This document shows, in pieces, positions 47,644-55,749 of a stretch of DNA of 64,000 nt. The notes beneath the pieces are model-generated. The model worked only from the letters and a program-made list of their open reading frames with translations, searched no databases and was not told where the DNA came from. The DNA is from a virus. Taxonomy: Duplodnaviria; Caudoviricetes. How positions within the stretch are numbered: position 1 is the first letter of the stretch; each line of letters opens with the position of its first letter. The position numbers were made by a program, and so were the translations under genes. The stretch covers positions 1-64,000 of IMG/VR virus record IMGVR_UViG_3300037455_001397. One strand, 5' to 3'.

Positions 47644-47955
47644 ATGGACGAAGAAAAAATCCTCAGAGACACCGAAACCGGCGAAGAATTCACCTATGAG
47701 GAAATCGAAGCCGAGTACGAACGACTCAAACGCGATGGGGAAACCGAAGCGGAAACAATCGGGGACTACATCGAAAACATCACGGCCCCAAACGGAACAT
47801 GCGAGTGGATCGACGAAACCTGGCACAAATGCGAATGGTGCGGTGAAATCTACCCCGAAAGCGACCTGAGAGAGGAGAAGGACCTCGGCTACCTCTGCGA
47901 ACACTGCATCCTTGCCATCTCGAGCCGCGGCGAAGACCTCTACCTGAAATACTGA
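47644..47955 (+). CDS. Acidic Zn-finger cassette protein
   Basis: CEWC..CEHC, very acidic; GGAGG RBS. Confidence 0.7.
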   Translation: MDEEKILRDTETGEEFTYEEIEAEYERLKRDGETEAETIGDYIENITAPNGTCEWIDETWHKCEWCGEIYPESDLREEKDLGYLCEHCILAISSRGEDLYLKY

Positions 47956-48011
47956 AACCCAAACGGGAGCCCGCCGAACGGCGGGTTCCCAAACAACCTA
48001 CGGAGGACAAA

Positions 48012-48446
48012 ATGGAACAGTCAATCATCGACAAACTGAACGCCCCCATACAGAAGGACATGCTTCGAGTCGAGGGAATCATGAAAAAACTGGAGATGAA
48101 TTTCGCGGAAGGCTACATGGACGAGGTCGCGGAAGCGATATGCAGAATCCGTCCGCAAACACAGACAAAAGTACGCCCGATTGATTTGAAAGAAGCATGG
48201 GAGTTTTCCAATAGAGCAATAAGAGTTGCGACCGACCTTGCCCGGATAAAACTTGCCGAAAAAATCAAGGCTGAATACCTGAGTCGAGCAACTGCCGATG
48301 AAACCAAGTTGAAAGGCTGGTCAAATAAAGCCGCACTGTACTTCATCTACGGAATGGATTACGAACGCCCCATCACTGAAAAGCTTGATAAGGCGGTCGA
48401 GGCAGAAGTCTACGATGCAATCAAAAAATACCTCGGATTCGAATAA
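48012..48446 (+). CDS. Cassette hypothetical protein
   Basis: 144 aa, GGAGG RBS. Confidence 0.7.
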   Translation: MEQSIIDKLNAPIQKDMLRVEGIMKKLEMNFAEGYMDEVAEAICRIRPQTQTKVRPIDLKEAWEFSNRAIRVATDLARIKLAEKIKAEYLSRATADETKLKGWSNKAALYFIYGMDYERPITEKLDKAVEAEVYDAIKKYLGFE

Positions 48447-48629
48447 TCCGAACCCAACGCCCGCGCGACAGCGGGCTTTATTCGTTTAGTTGGGGCTATG
48501 TGTCGCGTGACGTGCCGGATTGACCTATTACAAAATGCGACCCCCTATGCTAACTCGGACAAAGAGCCGTTTCCGGCCGTTGTTTGCCAAAAATCATAAT
48601 TGACCAGGCCGAGCAAACGTCCAAAATCT

Positions 48630-49000
48630 TTTCTCGATATTTCTCGGAAAAAGCCGGAATAAAACTTGACTTTTCCGAAAAAGCATAATCGGAGAATCTT
48701 CGATATTTCTTCCGAAAAAGACTTGACTTTATCAAAAAGGGATTATCGAAAGAATGTTCGATATTTCTTTCGTTTATGGCTGGACTTTTGTTTTATCCAT
48801 GCTCCGGCGTTCTTCGCGTCTTGATAGACATTCTAAAACGACCCCGTTCCGAGCTCGGAATAAAAGTCGAATAAAAGTCCTTATTTCTTCGATTAACGAC
48901 TGGCTATTAACGAATTATGCGCTTAATTAATTGATGTCGAGCGGGCGGCACGGGCCGCCTGCGAACCAAACGAAAAATGCCAACCCTGATGGAGGCAAAC
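48630..49000 (+). promoter_or_regulatory. Phased repeat array plus cassette promoter 3 and leader
   Basis: CTKG at 48665, 48722, 48780; GACTGG at 48898. Confidence 0.8.
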
Positions 49001-49252
49001 ATGAGCAAGACGAACATCAAGCTCAACCTGGAAGGAGTGGACGGGAATGCGTTCTGCATCCTGGGCCACGCGATGCGCGCACTGAGACAGAACCACAAGA
49101 TGGAACTCTGGGACGAGTTCCACGCCGAAGCCACCTCCGGCGACTACAACAAACTCCTCTGCACGGTCTCCGACTGGTTCGACGTCTGCTTCGGCGACGA
49201 AGACGAAGATGAAGACGAGTACGACTTCGACTGCGAAGGCGACGAAGACTGA
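49001..49252 (+). CDS. Small acidic phage protein (DGNAF motif)
   Basis: LEGVDGNAFCILG..ATSGDYNKLL; D/E tail. Confidence 0.75.
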   Translation: MSKTNIKLNLEGVDGNAFCILGHAMRALRQNHKMELWDEFHAEATSGDYNKLLCTVSDWFDVCFGDEDEDEDEYDFDCEGDED

Positions 49253-49308
49253 ACCCCCAACAGCATGGCCCGCCGCCTGGCGGGTCATGCCCAACCGGAG
49301 AACAAAAC

Positions 49309-49539
49309 ATGAAAAGACTGCAAACCGAAAGCCTGATCGCCGCGATGAACAGCATCTGCTATGTGGCCACGGGCGAACCGAGCGGAATCTCCGAGGTCTG
49401 GAACGGAGACCTTGACGAGCTCGAAGAACACCTCGAAAAGATTGAAATCTACGCCGAGGACGAAGGAATGACCGAAACCGCCAAGGAGCTGTTCGCGGCC
49501 GCCCACCACATCATCGAAGCCTTCCGAAAAGAAGAGTGA
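49309..49539 (+). CDS. Small acidic cassette protein
   Basis: 76 aa with RBS; terminator at 49551-49580. Confidence 0.7.
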   Translation: MKRLQTESLIAAMNSICYVATGEPSGISEVWNGDLDELEEHLEKIEIYAEDEGMTETAKELFAAAHHIIEAFRKEE

Positions 49540-49579
49540 ACATCGAACACGCCCGGCCGGATGCCGGGCAACTCTTTTT

Positions 49580-49823
49580 TCGCTTTTTCTTCGCATTTCG
49601 ACTTGCTATTCAGAAATACCATGCTCCGAAAGAATCTTCGTTATTTCTTCGCTTTCACACTTGACATTCCGATAAGCTCGTTATGAGCAGAATAAAAAGA
49701 AAGATTCGTATTTCTTCGATAAAAGACTGGATTAAGTTTCTTTAAGCGCTTAATTAATAGCAGAGCGAGGCTGAACGAGGTCGCGCGAACCAAACGAAAA
49801 ACTCCAAACTGACGGAGGAAACG
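49580..49823 (+). promoter_or_regulatory. Phased repeats plus cassette promoter 4 and leader
   Basis: CTTG at 49602, 49660; GACTGG at 49725. Confidence 0.75.
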
Positions 49824-50090
49824 ATGATCGAAATCATCAAGCATGACGGAGCCTGGACAGTGGCCAAGGCAGTGTTCGAAGGCAAAAACTATCACATCGA
49901 AACCAAGCACTTCGAGCTGCCGAGCGAATTCGGAATCAACAACGGGCGCATCAGCAAGCTGTTCATCAGCGAGGGGACGAGCTGGAACCCTGACAAATGC
50001 CGGTGCGCCTACGACCGCGGCTGGGATCGCAGACCGAGAACGAAGGCGGCCAAGGCCATCTACAATGAAATCCTCGCGATGTACAACTGA
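49824..50090 (+). CDS. DUF7678-like phage protein
   Basis: PSEFGINNGRISKL..YDRGWD. Confidence 0.7.
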   Translation: MIEIIKHDGAWTVAKAVFEGKNYHIETKHFELPSEFGINNGRISKLFISEGTSWNPDKCRCAYDRGWDRRPRTKAAKAIYNEILAMYN

Positions 50091-50102
50091 GGAGGAGCGA
50101 CC

Positions 50103-50567
50103 ATGGCAAACAACTGCTTCATCGAAATCTCGCTCGAAACCGAAACCTCCGAACAGGCCAAGGGGCTCCGCAAGGAGCTCCGGGCCGCCTTCCGGCAGGC
50201 TGCTCGCGAAAACGTCGGAGCCTACTTCGGGAGCGACCGTTACTTCTTCGACGGCAAAGTCGAACAGGACGGAACGGAGGTGTTCATCGGCGGCTGGGTC
50301 AAGTGGGGATACAGCGACGGCGAGTTCATCGACATGTTCAGCTGGCTCCGCCGCAAGACCGCAATCAAGAAGTTCCACATGCACTACGAGGAGCTCATGA
50401 CCGACCAGTACGGCGAATACGAACTTCACGCGGACGGCACGGTCTGGAACAACTTCCTGCTCGAAAAAGATTTCCCGACCGAGACCGACGACTACGAAGC
50501 CTACTGCGAAAAGGTCGAGGAAGCCTTCCGCACAAAACCCGCCACAAGATTCATCGAGGTCGGCTGA
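50103..50567 (+). CDS. Hypothetical protein (YubB/DUF1281 ferredoxin-like?)
   Basis: MANNCFIEI..GWVKWG..YEE. Confidence 0.6.
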   Translation: MANNCFIEISLETETSEQAKGLRKELRAAFRQAARENVGAYFGSDRYFFDGKVEQDGTEVFIGGWVKWGYSDGEFIDMFSWLRRKTAIKKFHMHYEELMTDQYGEYELHADGTVWNNFLLEKDFPTETDDYEAYCEKVEEAFRTKPATRFIEVG

Positions 50568-50640
50568 ACAGAAACCACCAACGGTCCCGCCACCCTGGCG
50601 GGGCCGAAATATCCACACCCCAACATAAGGAACACTCACA

Positions 50641-50826
50641 ATGGAAACCAAAACCGTCGAACAGTCCATGAAGGAACTCGAAAACCGTGTGCATCTTCTG
50701 ATGGAAGAACTCTCGGCCGCCGGGCAGGAAAACCTCGCCAATCGCATCCAGGACATCTGGGATGAGACCAACTTCCTCCGCGACGAACACCCGGACTTCA
50801 ATTTCGGGAAGTGGCGCGAAGCGTAA
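50641..50826 (+). CDS. Small cassette protein
   Basis: 61 aa with AAGGA RBS. Confidence 0.6.
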   Translation: METKTVEQSMKELENRVHLLMEELSAAGQENLANRIQDIWDETNFLRDEHPDFNFGKWREA

Positions 50827-50893
50827 CCGCCAGTATTCGGCAATAATGGCTTTCCCGTAAAGTCAAGCTCAAAATCGAAGAAAACCGAATCTT

Positions 50894-50955
50894 TCCGCAG
50901 ATTCGTCGGACGACCTCTTCGCCTCCGTCAGGGCTTTCGTTCGCGAATCTGCGGA
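50894..50955 (+). ncRNA. Candidate 62-nt hairpin RNA element with anti-Shine-Dalgarno loop (copy A)
   Basis: TCCGCAGATTCG..CGAATCTGCGGA stem; loop TCGCCTCCGTCAGGGCT shared with copy B. Confidence 0.5.
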
Positions 50956-51164
50956 TTTCTATGCACGGGTATCGCAATTATGCGAAACGTCGCTCGCTTA
51001 TGCCGGAACGTGCGATCATGCGCCTGGGGTCGCATGTTTCAAATCGAACGCCGGGGATACGTCGGCCAAATACCGGCCTTTCTGGCGGGCGTTTGGCGTT
51101 TTGAATAGAGATCAGACGCGCAAAGCGGCCCGAAACCGGGCATCGGATGTTGTCGGTACCGAAA

Positions 51165-51358
51165 ATCTTTTTTCGATATTTCTTCGATCTTCGGCTGGAT
51201 TTATCAACTTTCCATGCTCCCGAATAAAGTCCGAATTAAGTTCGAATAACCTCGGTTTCCGACTGGCTATTCACGAATAGAACGCTAAATTTACAAACGA
51301 GCGCGGGAGATACGGAAAACCCGCGGAAACCGAAACCCAAACGAAGGAGAACAGAAAA
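51165..51358 (+). promoter_or_regulatory. Repeat unit plus cassette promoter 5 and leader
   Basis: CTGG at 51195; GACTGG at 51261; CGCGGG..CCCGCG leader hairpin. Confidence 0.75.
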
Positions 51359-51592
51359 ATGCCAGACAGATTTCTGACGGCAACGAAATGTGCAAGATGC
51401 GGCGGGTCGCTTGATGGCGGCAGGATAATGAGCCGGTTCAATGAGGATGTCCTCTGCCTCGACTGCGAACGCGAAGAGCGCCAGCATCCGGACTACCAGA
51501 AGGCTGCCGATGCGGAACTCGCCGCTGTTCGTCGTGGCGACATGAACTTCCCCGGCATCGGCTGGCCGGGAAAGAACGGTCGCGTGAAGTGA
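51359..51592 (+). CDS. Small Zn-finger phage protein
   Basis: CARCGGSLDGGRIMSRFNEDVLCLDC..GDMNFPGIG. Confidence 0.75.
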   Translation: MPDRFLTATKCARCGGSLDGGRIMSRFNEDVLCLDCEREERQHPDYQKAADAELAAVRRGDMNFPGIGWPGKNGRVK

Positions 51593-51633
51593 AACAAGAA
51601 CAACAGGCCGTCGCCAGAAGGTGGCGGCCAGTA

Positions 51634-52092
51634 AATCTTTCTTCGATATTTCTTGATATTTCGCTTGCTTTTCCGAAAAGAGCATAATCAAAGAATCTTC
51701 GATATTTCTTCCGAAAAAGACTGGATTATATTGAAACCGCGTTACGGAAAGAAAGTTCGATAATTCTTCGCTTTTCCGCTTGACTTCCCCTTTTTCCATG
51801 CTCGAAAGAATAATCGATATTTCTTTCGTTTTCCACTTGCTATTCTGCTTTTCCATGCTAGAAAAGAATAATAGATATTTCTTCGCTTTCTGACTTGATA
51901 TTTCTCTTTTACCTCATTTCGAGCAGAAAGACGGCTTTATTAAAATAATCGGAAGAAAGTTCGATAAAAAGCGTTATTTCTTCGATAAACGACTGGCTAT
52001 TAACGCTTTCCATGCTTAATTAACTAATGTCGAGCGGGATGCACGGGCAACCCGCGAACCAAACAAGAATGCCAACCAAGACGGAGGCAAAC
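51634..52092 (+). repeat. Five-unit 57/58-bp array plus cassette promoter 6 and leader
   Basis: CTKG at 51664, 51721, 51779, 51836, 51894; GACTGG at 51991. Confidence 0.88.
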
Positions 52093-52986
52093 ATGAGCGA
52101 GAACAACATCCTCGACACCGCGAAAACCCTGGGCTTCGGAACGGAGCTCGAATACACTCACATCAGCCGCGAAGGAGCCGCGAGAGCAATCCAGAGCGTG
52201 GTCGGCGGCAACATCAGCCACACCGGCGGGAGCTACGACGCCTGGACGGTCACCGCCCCTGACGGACGGAAATGGAAGGCGGTCAGCGATGGCAGCCTCA
52301 GCGGAACCTCGGCAGAGGTGGTCACGCCCATCCTGCACTGGGAAGACTTCGATACCCTGCAGAAGGTGGTGCGCGCCCTGCGCCACGCCGGAGCCAAGAC
52401 CCCGGCCTGCACGAGCCAGCACGTCCACGTCGGAGTCGAAGACTTCACGGCGGCGCAAATCGCGAACTTCGCGAGAATCTGGTACAAGCAGGAAAAGCTC
52501 ATCCTCAAGGCGGTCGGAACCCTGCCGAGCCGCCTCGCACACTACACGAAGCCGACCGACCGCGAGTTCATCGACCGCCTCGAAAAGATGAAACCGCAGA
52601 CCCGCCAACAGCTGAACATCGCCTGGTACGGGTACGCGAACCCGCGTCCTGCCCACTACGACAGCACCCGCTACCGCGCCATCAACCTCAACAACGTGTG
52701 GACCACGGGGACGGTCGAGCTGAGGTGCTTCAATGGCTGTAATCATGCGGGCAAGGTCAAAACAGCCGCGATTCTTGCCCTGATGATCGCCGCCAAGGCC
52801 AAGACCGCGAAGTGCGCGAGCACGAAGAAGCCGCGCGAGTACAGCGAGGAGAGCGCCGCCTACGATATGCGGGTGTTCCTCCTCCACCTCAAGGCAATCG
52901 GGCCGGAGTTCAAAAACTTCCGCAAGCACCTCCTCGACAACCTGCCGGGGAACAAGGCGTGGAAGCACGGCAGGCCGAACGCCTGA
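52093..52986 (+). CDS. Putative amidoligase (COOH-NH2 ligase type 2)
   Basis: FGTELE, WKAVSDGSL, AEVVTPIL, HVHVG, RYRAIN, TVELRCFNG. Confidence 0.88.
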   Translation: MSENNILDTAKTLGFGTELEYTHISREGAARAIQSVVGGNISHTGGSYDAWTVTAPDGRKWKAVSDGSLSGTSAEVVTPILHWEDFDTLQKVVRALRHAGAKTPACTSQHVHVGVEDFTAAQIANFARIWYKQEKLILKAVGTLPSRLAHYTKPTDREFIDRLEKMKPQTRQQLNIAWYGYANPRPAHYDSTRYRAINLNNVWTTGTVELRCFNGCNHAGKVKTAAILALMIAAKAKTAKCASTKKPREYSEESAAYDMRVFLLHLKAIGPEFKNFRKHLLDNLPGNKAWKHGRPNA

Positions 52987-53027
52987 CCGACCAGCCGGAG
53001 GGGGCCGGACAACCGGCCTCCTCACCT

Positions 53028-53194
53028 CAGCATGGCTTGCCGAAAAAGCAAGCGGTTCTTTGAAATAAAACGAAAGAAATTCGGATAATCCGGTTTTCGG
53101 AATAGCAAGTCCAAACCGAAAGAAAAACGCGACTTTCTGCCGATTATGCCTTTCCCGAAAAGTCAACCGGAAATCCGAAGAAAAACGAATCTTT
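53028..53194 (-). repeat. Three inverted copies of the 57/58-bp unit
   Basis: CAAG/CAAC at 53049, 53106, 53164; AGCATGG-N13-CAAG is the reverse complement of the unit. Confidence 0.8.
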
Positions 53195-53256
53195 TCCGCA
53201 GTTTTGCCGGGGACCTCACTCGCCTCCGTCAGGGCTGTTTCCGGCGAAACTGCGGA
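53195..53256 (+). ncRNA. Candidate 62-nt hairpin RNA element (copy B)
   Basis: TCCGCAGTTTTGCCGG..CCGGCGAAACTGCGGA stem with compensatory changes relative to copy A. Confidence 0.5.
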
Positions 53257-53437
53257 TTTTAATTCGAGCATTCTAAATCGCTTCCCCTATGCCGATTATG
53301 CCAAACGTCGCTCGCTTTGGGCTCAACGTGCGATTCGGCAGCCGGGGAAGCACCCCCCAAATCCAACCGCATAAATCAACCCCCACAAACGGCCCCGGAA
53401 CGGCCACAAAACCCGTAAAGAATAGGAGGTCAGACCT

Positions 53438-53716
53438 ATGAAAATCAGAATTCACGAAATGGACATCGACGGTACCCCTGTCGCCTATACCGGCGAATAC
53501 TATGTTGGCGCGAACGCCACCGAGATTGTCGAAGCCATGAAAAAGAACCCGTTCCAAATCGACCTCACGGTCGAAGAATACATGCGGAAGATTCTCGATA
53601 AAATCGGCAAGGCGGACTATGTCCTCACCGAGGACGATGCCCCGCTGGAGTTCCTGAATCTGCTCGCCAAACTCAATTATGCTTCCTTCGAGGAGCAGGA
53701 GGTCAAGGTAAAATGA
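53438..53716 (+). CDS. Hypothetical protein
   Basis: 92 aa with AGGAGG RBS. Confidence 0.7.
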   Translation: MKIRIHEMDIDGTPVAYTGEYYVGANATEIVEAMKKNPFQIDLTVEEYMRKILDKIGKADYVLTEDDAPLEFLNLLAKLNYASFEEQEVKVK

Positions 53717-54057
53717 ACGCTATCTTCATCGATGCCCAAAACAAGACTGTCAGCCTGATCGAGATTGAAAACGATCTCCAGGCCATGTACGACAAAATCG
53801 GATGCCTGCTCGTGCAGACCGTTCCCTTTGCCGGGGAAAACATCGTCTGCGATGAGGAAGGACGCCTCAAGCGGTGGACTTCCGGATTCGAGCTCGGCGA
53901 CTGGCGCATCGTCGGCAACGCCCTGATCGTCGGCGACACCGAGGACGGGGACTTCGCGGACACGAAACTGTTAGCAGAAGAGATCGCAAAGCAAATCCGG
54001 TTCTTCGGCGAAGACGAACCGCTGCCACCTCCGGAATTCCATGTCATCGGGCTGTGA
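53713..54057 (+). CDS. DUF3846-like protein
   Basis: IENDLQAMYDKIG..CDEEGRLK..IVGNALIVG. Confidence 0.7.
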   Translation: MNAIFIDAQNKTVSLIEIENDLQAMYDKIGCLLVQTVPFAGENIVCDEEGRLKRWTSGFELGDWRIVGNALIVGDTEDGDFADTKLLAEEIAKQIRFFGEDEPLPPPEFHVIGL

Positions 54058-54096
54058 AAACTTTATCGAAGAAACTTCATCTTATTCTCCGAAAGG

Positions 54097-54135
54097 CACT
54101 TGCGTTAATCAAAAGTCATGCTTTAAGTAATAACA
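54097..54135 (+). promoter_or_regulatory. Cassette promoter 7
   Basis: CTTG-N14-CATGCT-TTAAGTAAT, same 3' part as the copy at 2229. Confidence 0.7.
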
Positions 54136-54161
54136 GCCACAACCATAAGGAGAAAGAATCC

Positions 54162-54623
54162 ATGAACACCCCGATCCTCTACTTCGCCTACGGGTCGAAC
54201 CTCAACCCGAAACGCATCCACCACAGATGTCCGACAGCCGCTTCATTCAGAGCAGCCCAGCTCAAGAACTATCGTCTCGTCGAACGCCTTTACGCCGACA
54301 TCGACTATGAAGAAGGCGCTGTGGTCCATGGCGTCCTCTACTGCATCAGCGAACGAGAACTGAGCATCCTCGACACCTACGAGGGATGCCCGCACATCTA
54401 CCGCAGAATCTGGATCGAGGCCGACTGCAACGGCGAGACCTTCGTGGCCGCGACCTACGAGATGACGCCCGAAACGAAAGTCCTTCGCGAAGGTCAGCCG
54501 TTCCCCGAAGATTACAGAAAGATCTGCTCTGTGGGTGCGGCCTTCCACCGCATCCCAAATGCATTCCGCAACAACAAAAACTTCTTCCATCAACTCAACC
54601 TCAAAAGGAGCACAAAAAAATGA
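54162..54623 (+). CDS. Gamma-glutamylcyclotransferase (AIG2-like) 1
   Basis: LYFAYGSNL..VHGVLY..LDTYEG. Confidence 0.85.
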   Translation: MNTPILYFAYGSNLNPKRIHHRCPTAASFRAAQLKNYRLVERLYADIDYEEGAVVHGVLYCISERELSILDTYEGCPHIYRRIWIEADCNGETFVAATYEMTPETKVLREGQPFPEDYRKICSVGAAFHRIPNAFRNNKNFFHQLNLKRSTKK

Positions 54624-54994
54624 AAACTGTCAAACTTGTCGTCTACGGAACACTCATGACCGGAGAGGGCAACCACCGCCTCTGCGCAAATGCCGTGAAA
54701 ATCACGCCCTGCACAATCGTGGGGACGCTCTACGACACAGGCTGGGGCTTCCCCGCCTTCGAACAGACCGGAGACACGGTCGTCCATGCCAAACTCATCG
54801 AAATCCCGTTCGAGGACTGGCCGAACGTTGACAGGCTGGAAGGCTACCCCAGGCTCTACGACCGCAAGCTCATTCAGGCAACGCTCGCAGATGGAAGCAC
54901 GGACACCGGCTGGGTGTACATCATGAACAGCCTTCCGGCCACTGCCAAGGTCATCCAGTCCGGCGACTGGAAGAAGCGGAAGGAGGCCGAATGA
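54620..54994 (+). CDS. Gamma-glutamylcyclotransferase (AIG2-like) 2
   Basis: VVYGTLMTGEGNH..DRLEGYPRLYDR..WVY. Confidence 0.85.
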   Translation: MKTVKLVVYGTLMTGEGNHRLCANAVKITPCTIVGTLYDTGWGFPAFEQTGDTVVHAKLIEIPFEDWPNVDRLEGYPRLYDRKLIQATLADGSTDTGWVYIMNSLPATAKVIQSGDWKKRKEAE

Positions 54995-55470
54995 GCACGA
55001 ACGCAGCAATCGGGATGACGATGCCCGACGGAACAATTCATGCCGTCTATCTGCATTGGGACGGGTACATCACTGACGGTGGAGCCGGGGAAACTCTCGC
55101 CGAACACTATCAAGACCGGGCAAAGGTCGAGGAACTCATCGCCCTTGGCTTTCTGAGCTCGCTCGGAGCCGAGGTCGACCCGGACCCGGCAAACCCGCAC
55201 TCCTGGTCGAATCCGCAGCCAGGCGTCACGGTGGCCTACCACCGCGACCGCAAGGAGCCGCTTCAACCCGCAGTCGAGTTCAAGGACAGGGATTCGTTCG
55301 CGGAAGAGGCGAAGGGTAGCCTGTGGGCAGAGTATTCCTATCTGTTCGAGGACGGTCGCTGGCTGGTGTGCGACCTCCACCTCAGCACGAAGCCGTGGAA
55401 GTGGAAGGTGCTGTCGGATGTTCTTGCTCAGACCGGATGGAAGCTGAACGGGAAGCCGGTCGATGTCTGA
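54991..55470 (+). CDS. Conserved phage protein (YxHWDGY motif)
   Basis: MSTNAAIG..VYLHWDGY..GETLAEHY..AYHRDR..EYSYLF. Confidence 0.75.
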   Translation: MSTNAAIGMTMPDGTIHAVYLHWDGYITDGGAGETLAEHYQDRAKVEELIALGFLSSLGAEVDPDPANPHSWSNPQPGVTVAYHRDRKEPLQPAVEFKDRDSFAEEAKGSLWAEYSYLFEDGRWLVCDLHLSTKPWKWKVLSDVLAQTGWKLNGKPVDV

Positions 55471-55749
55471 GTTTCGCTCAGTCTTGCCTTTCTCGGAAAC
55501 TCGTGCTGTACAGCGGCCCCGTTCAAACGGGGCCGCTGCAGAATCCGCGAAAAAATCATTCATTTTCCCGGTTATTTCGCCAAAAACTTCTTTCTACACT
55601 GGAAAAAGCGTTGATTGTATGCTAAAGTATGTTTCACACGGTTCTTTGGTATCCTTATTGGCTTAGATGTCCAAAGGTGCTTTTGAACCTGCTACGCGTT
55701 TTCATGTACAAAGAATAAAAACTTTTGAAATCACACCGAGAAGCCTTTT

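Larger units (their letters stand above)
1..55540. mobile_element. Prophage (siphovirus-like, lambda-type portal, GpA-type terminase); left end outside window, right end approximate
   Basis: Terminase, portal, capsid, tail tube, tape measure, repressor and primase/helicase genes. A shared promoter motif links 2.2 kb with 47-54 kb. Composition shifts to more AT-rich after about 55.5 kb. Confidence 0.9.

Noticed and set aside
51236-51856. 206-aa minus-strand ORF
   Set aside because: Translates the repeat array and the antisense of a real gene; no protein-like features.
51634-51920. CRISPR array
   Set aside because: Units are degenerate along their whole length, with no invariant repeat and unique spacers; no cas genes.
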